From IMG/VR virus record IMGVR_UViG_3300033156_000724: DNA of 20,000 bases; one strand, written 5' to 3'. The position numbers and the translations under genes are program-made. The notes under the pieces are model-generated. The model saw nothing but the letters and a program-made list of their open reading frames with translations. It did not search any database and had not been told where the DNA came from. Of the stretch, positions 6,614 to 14,718 are shown piece after piece (the stretch's first letter is position 1; each line of letters starts with the position of its first letter). This DNA is from an uncultured virus (IMG/VR IMGVR_UViG_3300033156_000724). Its lineage: Duplodnaviria > Heunggongvirae > Uroviricota > Caudoviricetes.

Positions 6614-8544
6614 CTACTTCCAATGGTGCTCCCAGTGGCGGTATTGCTGCTTTGGCTGCGGGTACTTATGTAGATCCTATCCATCAACACATTGGGACTT
6701 ATTCGACTCCAGACCAGACAACTCCTGATGCCTATGCTGGGCATACAAGTGATGGTGGAACTACGTGGATAGACGGTCTGGATGGAAATGAAATATTTGA
6801 GAAAAATGGTGATATAGTTTGGATTGGATCGGCAACAACTTTTTCAGAGATTGAAGTTATTATGTCCTCTGAAGCAACCAAGCAAATTGGACTCACTTTT
6901 CAGTACTCAACGGGAGCATCAACATGGTCATCGGTTTTTAATGTTGATGACGATACAGATGGATTTCAGCGGTCAGGCCATATTAGCTGGGCAGCAGGTA
7001 GTCTTGCCGGTTGGTCCGCATTAGGTGATCCTGGGGTTGGTGATTCAGCGGCTGGATATTGGATTAAAATTACAAGAATTTCTGGTCCTGATCCAGGTAC
7101 GCCTACACCAACAACCATGAAAACAGGAGCGATTGTATTATATAAGTGGGATAAGGATGGTAATTTAGCTGTTAATGATGTGCAGGCTGGTACTGCTGAT
7201 TTGACTGGAATTACCGATGGCAATATACCTTATATGGGCGGGTCAGGATTTGCAGATAGTCCGCTGAGCAGAACAGGTACTAATACACTTCAGCTTAACG
7301 ATAGAATTGACCTAACTGACGGCACAGACACCGCAATAATCAAGCATGTCCAAGAACCAGGGCTTGGTGGTCGTCTAACACTCGGCCTGGATGAAACAGC
7401 TCGAACAATAGTGATATGTGATGCAGGGGATGTGGATACTGATTTTGGGTTGGATGTAAGAAACAGTCCATCTTTACATCTTTTCTCTGGTAGTGGTGGA
7501 TCACAATACACAAGACAGGACTATACTGGTTACCATACATGGGCTGTAACTGGTTTGAATTTTGTTGCTCGTGCAGATGTGCCGGAGCATGATTTTGTCT
7601 CTGTCAAGTCTACCGCCTCAATCGAACTCACCGACACAGACGGCGAACAATCCTGGATGTATATTGAGCCTAAGATTAATCAATCTGCAACGGGCTCATA
7701 TAACGGACTTAAAATCAATGTAACTGAAACGGCTCTCGGAGACGGCTCAACAGGCAGTGGAAACAACCTGATTCTTGCAGGCACTTCAACCGACCCTGAT
7801 ATGTTCAAGGTGGATAATGTAGGAAGAATTGTCCTGGCTGAATCAAGTGATCCTGCCGCTCTTGCAGATCATGCTTTTCTATATGCAAAGGATAATGCTG
7901 GCACTGGGGAGATGTACGCCGCCGATGCTGCTGCTACGGCTACACAGTTGACCTCTCATAATTTCTCAATGTTTACACCGGACCCTACCGAGAAATTTCC
8001 ATGGTCATTCTACGCTGAGAACAAAGCTCTTGGCGTGAAGATCAATGTTGATATGGCTGGTATGGTAAGGGCTGTTGAGGAAATGACTGGCAAGAAGTTT
8101 ATTTATTATGAAGACATTGCTAAATCTGTTGATCTTGAAGCTGCCTATAAAGCTCAGTGGGAACGTGAGTATATTCAAAAAAATACTTACGAGGAAATAG
8201 TTTCTAAAGATCAGGCTTTTGAAATGGTTGAAGTTGATGAGCGAGTTCTTTATGAAGTTGTCGATCCGAAAACAGGAAAGATTAAGAAGCAAGGCAAGAA
8301 AATTGGCGAAAAGATTACTGGCTATGAGCTTATAGATGATGTTGTGAAAGAAAAGAAAGAAATTATTTGGGAAACTAAGAAGGTTCAGAAAGCTCAACTT
8401 AAAGCTAATGTTCGATTTGATAATACTGACGGTAAATTCTATAAAAAGATTGTACCAACTAAATTAATGGCTGAAACAGCAGCGGTTGACAACTTTAAAT
8501 TCACACCGCCAGCTTGGATGGCTAATAGATTGAATTTAAAGTAA
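6547..8544 (+). CDS. C-terminal part of the same fibre/adhesin-like protein (joined gene 5631..8544 would encode 959 aa)
   Basis: SASSGIHGFSV appears at the end of the upstream ORF and near the start of this one; no SD for GTG 6547; G/T/D-rich beta domains and a charged C-terminus. Confidence 0.75.
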   Translation: MPAQVFMDLVCSASSGIHGFSVSTSNGAPSGGIAALAAGTYVDPIHQHIGTYSTPDQTTPDAYAGHTSDGGTTWIDGLDGNEIFEKNGDIVWIGSATTFSEIEVIMSSEATKQIGLTFQYSTGASTWSSVFNVDDDTDGFQRSGHISWAAGSLAGWSALGDPGVGDSAAGYWIKITRISGPDPGTPTPTTMKTGAIVLYKWDKDGNLAVNDVQAGTADLTGITDGNIPYMGGSGFADSPLSRTGTNTLQLNDRIDLTDGTDTAIIKHVQEPGLGGRLTLGLDETARTIVICDAGDVDTDFGLDVRNSPSLHLFSGSGGSQYTRQDYTGYHTWAVTGLNFVARADVPEHDFVSVKSTASIELTDTDGEQSWMYIEPKINQSATGSYNGLKINVTETALGDGSTGSGNNLILAGTSTDPDMFKVDNVGRIVLAESSDPAALADHAFLYAKDNAGTGEMYAADAAATATQLTSHNFSMFTPDPTEKFPWSFYAENKALGVKINVDMAGMVRAVEEMTGKKFIYYEDIAKSVDLEAAYKAQWEREYIQKNTYEEIVSKDQAFEMVEVDERVLYEVVDPKTGKIKKQGKKIGEKITGYELIDDVVKEKKEIIWETKKVQKAQLKANVRFDNTDGKFYKKIVPTKLMAETAAVDNFKFTPPAWMANRLNLK

Positions 8545-8560
8545 CATAGATACTAAGACG

Positions 8561-8656
8561 ATGAAATCAAACTACCAGAAATGCTGCCTTAAAATAGCTT
8601 TATTCATTTGGCTAATTCCGCTGATGATCTGGCTGGTGGGTTGCTTGGTTAAGTGA
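8561..8656 (+). CDS. Possible 31-aa membrane peptide (MKSNYQKCCLKIALFIWLIPLMIWLVGCLVK)
   Basis: Manually translated; one hydrophobic stretch ending in lipobox-like LVGC; weak SD. Confidence 0.35.
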   Translation: MKSNYQKCCLKIALFIWLIPLMIWLVGCLVK

Positions 8657-8737
8657 AAGCTCGAAAGGATGCCAGATCATCCCTTAAACAGGGCGATGAG
8701 GTTATGTTTACGAATCTGTCCGACGTGGAGATTAGAA

Positions 8738-9052
8738 ATGATTGGATGGTTAGCCAAAATGTTTAGGCGTATAAAGCGCAGCCACAAGCCATTCTTTAAG
8801 GTTGTGGAAATAGATAGTTTAAAAATTTGCGTTACTGATAACCCTACCCAATACAGACCATTTCCAGAGAAAGGGGTTAAATATTTAGGTTTCACACTTC
8901 TCGACAGCAATGTAATTTATGTTCGAGGTTATCGGCAAATGGATGGTAAAATTGTCCCAGACTATAAAATATTAGGTCATGAATTATCCTGCCTTATGCG
9001 GAATAAAGATCCTGAGATTGAAACGCTGTTTTATGAGAAGAATTTGAACTAA
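8738..9052 (+). CDS. Small zincin-like protein with degenerate HEXXH (ILGHELSC)
   Basis: GGAG SD before ATG 8738 (in frame with the 8669 ORF); YLGFT...IYV...ILGHEL pattern typical of mini-zincins. Confidence 0.6.
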   Translation: MIGWLAKMFRRIKRSHKPFFKVVEIDSLKICVTDNPTQYRPFPEKGVKYLGFTLLDSNVIYVRGYRQMDGKIVPDYKILGHELSCLMRNKDPEIETLFYEKNLN

Positions 9053-9149
9053 GTAAGGAGACATTGATATCAGAACAATAAAATCCAATATATTTATGAT
9101 CTTGAGGATTGGGATTATCTAATGAGGGAAATTTGGAGTAGAGTATTAA

Positions 9150-9563
9150 ATGGAATATTGGAAAACAAAATATCAATTAGCCAAGGATTTATATTTTGAA
9201 ATCCCACATTGGCCTTATGACGATATAGTTACAGATTTAATTGAAGTTAAGACATATGCTGACACAACCATATTAGTCATTAAAAAATATTGGTGTTACG
9301 ACGGTCCAAGTGGACCTGCGATTGATACGGATAATTTCATGGAACCATCAGCGGCCCACGATGCGTTATATTGGTTAATGCGGTGGAAATTGATACCGAT
9401 AGAATACAAAACATTCGCAGACAATTTGATGTATGAATTATGTCTAGAAAACGGTATGAGCAAAATAAGAGCAAAGTACTGCTGTTGGGCAGTGAAACGA
9501 TTTGCAAAAAAGGCGGCCAACGAAGCAGGTAAGCGAATAATTTATAAAACTGAAAAGGACTAA
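9150..9563 (+). CDS. DUF1353-like protein
   Basis: YDGPSGP...PSAAHDALY...ADNLMYELC...G...RAK...AVKRF matches the DUF1353 pattern common near phage lysis/tail genes. Confidence 0.75.
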   Translation: MEYWKTKYQLAKDLYFEIPHWPYDDIVTDLIEVKTYADTTILVIKKYWCYDGPSGPAIDTDNFMEPSAAHDALYWLMRWKLIPIEYKTFADNLMYELCLENGMSKIRAKYCCWAVKRFAKKAANEAGKRIIYKTEKD

Positions 9564-9568
9564 ATCAG

Positions 9569-9889
9569 ATGGACTGTCCAGACCCTGCGTGTAGAGAAAG
9601 TCTTCTGCAATGTATCAATAAAAAGGTATCCAAAATGGTGTTACTTTCCGTAATGAGTGCTATGGTTGCCTTTTCAGGTGGCTTTATTTTGTATGCTATG
9701 GATGCAAATCAAAATCAACGTAACAAAATAAGTAACAACGAAAAAAGTATAGCAGTACTGGAAAAAGACCTTGAACACATCAAGGCCAGTCAAGCTGAAA
9801 TCAAAGAGACAGTGAAACGAATTGAAAACAATCAAATTACAAAAGCTGATATGATAAAAATAATAGAAAAAATACAGGGCAAAGAATAA
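9569..9889 (+). CDS. Single-TM plus coiled-coil membrane protein (holin/XhlA-like architecture)
   Basis: AAGG SD; TM segment VLLSVMSAMVAFSGGFILYAM followed by a heptad-rich charged region. Confidence 0.65.
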   Translation: MDCPDPACRESLLQCINKKVSKMVLLSVMSAMVAFSGGFILYAMDANQNQRNKISNNEKSIAVLEKDLEHIKASQAEIKETVKRIENNQITKADMIKIIEKIQGKE

Positions 9890-9910
9890 TAGCCAGAAAC
9901 GCTAAAATCC

Positions 9911-10114
9911 ATGGCGATGACATGCCATAAATGTGGTAGAGATGCATACACAATATACATAACAAAAGAGCATGAAAAGTTATGCCCTGAATGTTATAAA
10001 TTAAAAAGGGAGGAGATCGATGGACAAAAATACAGCCACTTTGGCGGCGTTAGCCATCATATCCGTAGCATTGATAATAATTGTATTTATATGGTCCGCA
10101 GGAAACACTGCTGA
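9911..10114 (+). CDS. Small zinc-finger-like protein
   Basis: CHKC...CPEC pair in the first 30 aa; the 3' half overlaps the next gene by 95 bp. Confidence 0.5.
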   Translation: MAMTCHKCGRDAYTIYITKEHEKLCPECYKLKREEIDGQKYSHFGGVSHHIRSIDNNCIYMVRRKHC

Positions 10115-10214
10115 AAAGGCAGTATTATCCGGCATTTCCGGCATCTTAGGCATGGTGTCTGGTGGCGGCGCCGGTTATATGGTTGGTAAATCAAAAAAAG
10201 GAGAAATAAAATGA
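10020..10214 (+). CDS. Two-TM small membrane protein, holin candidate
   Basis: GGAGG SD; two hydrophobic segments and a basic C-terminus (GKSKKGEIK). Confidence 0.65.
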   Translation: MDKNTATLAALAIISVALIIIVFIWSAGNTAEKAVLSGISGILGMVSGGGAGYMVGKSKKGEIK

Positions 10215-10633
10215 AGAGACTTTTTGCAACAGTAGTAATTGTATTATTTGTACTTTCGGTAATTGGATGTAAAACAGAAGCAGATAATAAAGATATTCAA
10301 AAAACTATTGCATCCACGGTAGGTTATCTAATAGCCAAGAACAAACCGGAACTTGCTGGTGATATGATTAAATGGTATGATGAATTTATCAATATTTCTG
10401 ATAATGATTTCAAGGTAGGATATCAGGATGGGATTTCAAAACTTATTGCGATGGTAACAGATGACCCTTTTCTATCATTTCAACTTCAGAACGCTATGAA
10501 TTTGATAGGAATATCAATATCAGGGCCGATGATACCAGGCGAAATCGAACAATACCGATATATTGTAGATGCATTCATGATTGGTGTGTCAGCAGCTCCT
10601 GGCAGGATTGCTGAACCGTACATGGGAAATTGA
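10211..10633 (+). CDS. Predicted lipoprotein
   Basis: AAGGAG SD, ATGA overlap; MKR + hydrophobic core + VIG|C lipobox. Confidence 0.8.
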   Translation: MKRLFATVVIVLFVLSVIGCKTEADNKDIQKTIASTVGYLIAKNKPELAGDMIKWYDEFINISDNDFKVGYQDGISKLIAMVTDDPFLSFQLQNAMNLIGISISGPMIPGEIEQYRYIVDAFMIGVSAAPGRIAEPYMGN

Positions 10634-10709
10634 AGAGCCCACCTTGGAAGATATTAAGGGCTTAAAAATTAAAACACCGGAAGAATATTTTTATGAATAA
10701 CAGAAATGC

Positions 10710-10738
10710 TTGCAATTGTTGCGGATAATCTATATTAT
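10710..10738 (+). promoter_or_regulatory. Putative sigma70-type promoter upstream of the protease-capsid genes
   Basis: TTGCAA (10710-10715), 17 bp, TATTAT (10733-10738). Confidence 0.6.
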
Positions 10739-10745
10739 ATTAAAT

Positions 10746-10781
10746 AGGGGGGGGTATGTTGTTTGTACCCCTCTTTTTTTT
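10746..10781 (+). terminator. Terminator-like hairpin
   Basis: GGGGGGTAT-GTTGTTT-GTACCCCTC stem (with G-U pairs) followed by 8 T. Confidence 0.6.
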
Positions 10782-10805
10782 AAATAACATAATGGAGATT
10801 CTGTT

Positions 10806-12170
10806 ATGAACGTTCTTGATATACTTACTGGACCATGGGCTATTATTCCTGAAAAACTTGATGAAATTCACAAGATTTATTTCAGGCATCTCAAAGGAGA
10901 AGCTCCTGCTGAAAATTCGTTCAATAATGAGACTAAACGGTATCAGGTTGTTGGAAATACAGCGATTATTCCTCTGCACGGAGTAATGGGCAAGCGAATG
11001 AACATGTTTAGTAATATTTCAGGTGGTGTTTCAACAGAATTGATAATGAAGGATTTGAAATCTGTTTTGGCAAACTCCAAGATTGAAACAATCATTTTAG
11101 ATATTGATTCGCCGGGCGGGTCTGTTGATGGAACTTCTGAGCTTGCGGAATTTATTTTTAATATTAGGGGTCAAAAAAGGATAATAGCATATTCTGATGG
11201 CGTTATTGCCTCTGCTGCATATTGGGTTGGAGCGGCAGCCGACGAAGTTTATATTTCTGGAGATACAGTGCAAGTTGGCAGTATTGGAGTAGTGGCGAAA
11301 CATGTAGATTATTCTAGAGCAGAGGAAAAGGACGGCACTAAAACAACGGAGGTTTTTTCCGGAAAATACAAACGCATTGTTTCGCAATACAAACCGTTAT
11401 CTGATGAAGGTCGGCGAACACTTCAAGAGATGACCGACTATATTTATTCTGTGTTTGTGGATGATGTAGCTAAATATCGAGGTGTTTCTTCGGATACCGT
11501 GCTTCAAAACATGGCTGATGGTAGAATATTTATTGGACAGCAGAGTATCACTGCCGGGCTGGTAGATGGTATAGCAACCATGGATCAGCTTGTTGGTAAG
11601 CAGACCAAACATAAAAAGGAGGTTAGTGCAATGGATTTGGAAAAACTTAAAGCAGAGCACCCAGATATTTATCAAAGCATTGTGGGTGAGACAAGGGAGA
11701 AGGTTGTTGCTGAATTGACAGCTCAGTTTGAAATTGAGCGCAAACAGCTTCAAGCTGACATCGATACTCGTCAAGAGGAAATCGAAAAGTTAACCGCAAC
11801 CAACCAGGAGCTTGGCGAGGAAAACAAGGCTCTTGGTAAACGCATGGTTGTTCTTGAAGAAAAGGACATTGCAAGAGATCGCAAGGATGCTCAGATTTTG
11901 GCGGATAATATTTTTGAAAGTGCATTATCGGAGAGTAAAATTCCGGCCAAGCATTATGGACGTGTGAAAAGAGGTGTATTATTTGATAATTTTTATCAGG
12001 ACAACAAGTTTGACAAAGAAGGTTATACCAATGCCGTGGTTGCCGAGATCGCAGATTGGGAGAAAGATATTGGGACTGAGGTAGTTGGTGTTGGATTTAT
12101 TGGCAAGGAGATTGATGATGATGACGATGCTTTAATTGATGAACTTGTTGGCATGGTCGAAAAAAAATAA
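10806..12170 (+). CDS. Prohead maturation protease, peptidase S49 (SppA/lambda gpC-like), fused to scaffold
   Basis: LDIDSPGGSV, ASAAYW, VGSIGV, SGKYK and GLVDGI motifs; coiled-coil C-terminal third; GGAG SD. Confidence 0.95.
   Translation: MNVLDILTGPWAIIPEKLDEIHKIYFRHLKGEAPAENSFNNETKRYQVVGNTAIIPLHGVMGKRMNMFSNISGGVSTELIMKDLKSVLANSKIETIILDIDSPGGSVDGTSELAEFIFNIRGQKRIIAYSDGVIASAAYWVGAAADEVYISGDTVQVGSIGVVAKHVDYSRAEEKDGTKTTEVFSGKYKRIVSQYKPLSDEGRRTLQEMTDYIYSVFVDDVAKYRGVSSDTVLQNMADGRIFIGQQSITAGLVDGIATMDQLVGKQTKHKKEVSAMDLEKLKAEHPDIYQSIVGETREKVVAELTAQFEIERKQLQADIDTRQEEIEKLTATNQELGEENKALGKRMVVLEEKDIARDRKDAQILADNIFESALSESKIPAKHYGRVKRGVLFDNFYQDNKFDKEGYTNAVVAEIADWEKDIGTEVVGVGFIGKEIDDDDDALIDELVGMVEKK
11631..12170 (+). 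CDS. Nested in-frame scaffolding protein (lambda Nu3-like), 179 aa
   Basis: AAGGAGGT SD before in-frame ATG 11631 (MDLEKLKAEHPD) just after the protease domain; coiled-coil and acidic. Confidence 0.75.
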   Translation: MDLEKLKAEHPDIYQSIVGETREKVVAELTAQFEIERKQLQADIDTRQEEIEKLTATNQELGEENKALGKRMVVLEEKDIARDRKDAQILADNIFESALSESKIPAKHYGRVKRGVLFDNFYQDNKFDKEGYTNAVVAEIADWEKDIGTEVVGVGFIGKEIDDDDDALIDELVGMVEKK

Positions 12171-12193
12171 TAATGACATAAAGGAGGCTTGAT

Positions 12194-12883
12194 ATGACAC
12201 TAAGCGACACTCCCCAAGTGTTGAGGGGTTACCAGGAAGATCCAACACGGGTATTCTACAGTGATATTGAGATTGCTTTGACCCGGGAGGTTTTTATTCC
12301 TGCCGGATATGGATACCTAAAACCAGGGACGGTGCTTGCAGAAATAACTTCTGAGAGTACTAGCAGGGCGTATAATTACGTGCCTTATTCGTTCGAAGAT
12401 CCGTCTTCGGATACAAACAATTTTCATGGCGCATATCTTTTAGAAGATGGTGAAGCGACTGCTGTTTGCAATGTTACCCTTAATGATAGTTATAAATTCG
12501 CTGTAGGTGATCATTTAGTTGCTATGGATTCCGACACTAATGGAGCGAGCGCCATTGATTTGGGTGCTATTGTTTCCATTGATCGTACGACTTATCCGAA
12601 CAAGGCCGTTATTACCGCCACCAATAATGTAACCACAGCCATCACGACTGCAAAGAATGGCGCCATAGCTATCCAGACCTATGCGACAGCTCCGTTTGTA
12701 AAAGCTGTTGGTTTCTTGTTTGGCGGTGTTGATACCGGGATTGGAGAAAACGCAGCTGGCGCCCAGGGTGTAATTGTGTTGTCAAATGCCATGCTATATA
12801 AGGGCCTGGTGTTTAATTATGACAGTGAGGTTATGACCGATCTTGGCAATATTGAGACTGGTCAATTTATTTGTTTAAAATAA
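12194..12883 (+). CDS. Head decoration protein (gpD-like position) with inserted domain
   Basis: Between scaffold and capsid; IPAGYGYLKPGTVLAE...YVPY and AVGFL patterns typical of decoration proteins; AAGGAGG SD. Confidence 0.75.
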   Translation: MTLSDTPQVLRGYQEDPTRVFYSDIEIALTREVFIPAGYGYLKPGTVLAEITSESTSRAYNYVPYSFEDPSSDTNNFHGAYLLEDGEATAVCNVTLNDSYKFAVGDHLVAMDSDTNGASAIDLGAIVSIDRTTYPNKAVITATNNVTTAITTAKNGAIAIQTYATAPFVKAVGFLFGGVDTGIGENAAGAQGVIVLSNAMLYKGLVFNYDSEVMTDLGNIETGQFICLK

Positions 12884-12916
12884 CGATGCGTAACCATTTG
12901 ACTAGGAGGTAGAACA

Positions 12917-14128
12917 ATGCGAGAAATACCTGCTTTAAAGTTGACAACTTTGACCAAGCTAATCCAGAGATTTATGGCAAGTCCAAAGTTGCTTCTAATT
13001 AAATTGTTTGGAGAGGATAATTGGCCAAGCGATGAAATTGAGTGGGAAGCTCAGACTGGAGATCGGGGTATGACTCCGTTTTCAAACGAAGATGCTCCTG
13101 CCCCTCGTTTGTCTCCGATTGGAGTTTCATTACACAAGGCGATGGCTGCTTTTTGGAAGGAAAAAATGTATTTTGGGTCTTCTTTCCTTAATAACATCCG
13201 TGAACCTGGAACAAAACAAACTTATTACGCGGCTAAAAAGTCTTTGGCTCAGCAGATGCTGATGCTCCGCAACAGATGTGATCGTAGGAAGGAATGGATG
13301 ACTGCACAAATGTTGACTGCCGGGACCATTACTTACCAAGATCCTAATGGGAAAACCATTTCAGTTGATTATGGTATTCCAGACGATCAAGTTGAAGAAC
13401 TTTCGGCTGCTAGAAAGTGGGACCAGGATACTGCCAATATTGTTGAAGATATCATGGATGCTAAGCTGACCATGGAAAATGCGAACAGCTCAGAGATTGA
13501 TTATGCCATGTTCACTACAGAAGTTTTGAAACCAATGATCCTGAATCCTACGATTCAAACATTGCTTTCAAAGTCTAATTATGGACAGGGTGATTTATTT
13601 TCACGACCGGTTCAGGTGTTGGGTGATCTGCTTAACATCAAAAATATGATTCTCTACAATCAGATGTATCAGGTTCGAGGATGGTTAACCTCTGCTTTGG
13701 CTGCCGGTGCCGGCCCGCATACGATTTACGTCGATGATGCCACTGATTTTGTGGTTGGCGCAACGATTTATGCCCGGGATGTTACTGCTAATACAAAAGA
13801 AGCTTTAACAGTAACAGCGAAGGATGCTATCGCGGGAACTATTACGGCTACCGGCACTCTTGCGGCAGCGTATAAAGCTGGCGAAGATTGTATAACCATG
13901 AGCAGAAAATTTATTCCATCAGATAAGTTCTGTATGTTTTCATCTGAAGTTGAAGGTCAGAAAATTGCTGAGTTTGCAAATGCTCCGTTTGGGCTTGATC
14001 GGCATTATGGCATGAAGTTGGATCGATGGGAGAAAAAAGATCCTGATGGCATTTTCATCCGGGCAGAAAACAAGGGCCTGCCTGTGTTGTATTTTGAGGA
14101 CGCTGTTTTTATTTATACGGTCCTATAA
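12917..14128 (+). CDS. Major capsid protein (lambda gpE / Phage_cap_E-like) with inserted domain
   Basis: RRKEWMTAQMLTAG...SVDYGIP, KWD...NIVEDI, FIPSDK, DPDGIFIRAENKGLPVL are typical of Phage_cap_E; AGGAGG SD. Confidence 0.92.
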   Translation: MREIPALKLTTLTKLIQRFMASPKLLLIKLFGEDNWPSDEIEWEAQTGDRGMTPFSNEDAPAPRLSPIGVSLHKAMAAFWKEKMYFGSSFLNNIREPGTKQTYYAAKKSLAQQMLMLRNRCDRRKEWMTAQMLTAGTITYQDPNGKTISVDYGIPDDQVEELSAARKWDQDTANIVEDIMDAKLTMENANSSEIDYAMFTTEVLKPMILNPTIQTLLSKSNYGQGDLFSRPVQVLGDLLNIKNMILYNQMYQVRGWLTSALAAGAGPHTIYVDDATDFVVGATIYARDVTANTKEALTVTAKDAIAGTITATGTLAAAYKAGEDCITMSRKFIPSDKFCMFSSEVEGQKIAEFANAPFGLDRHYGMKLDRWEKKDPDGIFIRAENKGLPVLYFEDAVFIYTVL

Positions 14129-14139
14129 GGAGGTGTCCC

Positions 14140-14700
14140 ATGTCTTTAGACCAAATTAAAGGCCCTTGGCCAAGCATAAAAACTCAAAAGCTAACTGAGA
14201 ATTTACAATCAGCGGTTGGTTTGCCGGTTGCATTACGCTTGGAGACAGGGGCTGCAATTGGCGCATATTCCGGTGAACATACAGATGGTTGGAAACAGCA
14301 AAGCAATAAGGAATTAATGTTGCAGTGGAATAATGGTGGTTCCAGTCATACAAAAATGGCTGCTATGTTTATATTGCCGGATGATATAGACGTTACTGAA
14401 GATTTAACAATTCATTTTCTTGCGGCAGTGAGTGGCACGACTGACACTCCGACTATGCTGGTCGAGGCGTATATTGTTGGTGTTGGTAGTTCGCCAGCGA
14501 GTGATGCTAATTGTGGTGGATACACCAGTGGCGAAACTACGGCATCCGGGTTGTATGTTGACCATACATTCACCGTTAAATCCGATGATTTGATTTCTGG
14601 TGAAGCATCATTGACAGTAATTTTTAATCCGCAGAGTGGCGAGTTAGTTACGGATGATTTTATTTCATCTCCGCCATGGATTACATTCACGAGACTTTAG
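14140..14700 (+). CDS. Hypothetical virion-associated beta-rich protein
   Basis: TAAGGAGG SD; directly after capsid; S/T/G-rich. Confidence 0.7.
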   Translation: MSLDQIKGPWPSIKTQKLTENLQSAVGLPVALRLETGAAIGAYSGEHTDGWKQQSNKELMLQWNNGGSSHTKMAAMFILPDDIDVTEDLTIHFLAAVSGTTDTPTMLVEAYIVGVGSSPASDANCGGYTSGETTASGLYVDHTFTVKSDDLISGEASLTVIFNPQSGELVTDDFISSPPWITFTRL

Positions 14701-14718
14701 TCATGAGGAGCAACCATC

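Noticed and set aside
5631..8544. Diversity-generating retroelement target or invertible fibre cassette
   Set aside because: No reverse transcriptase, TR/VR pair, invertase or inverted recombination sites seen in the window.
9053..9149. AAGGAG followed by a 5-codon TTG mini-ORF, plus a protein-like open frame (YDLEDWDYLMREIW)
   Set aside because: Too short and no consistent start; may be a gene remnant but cannot be supported.
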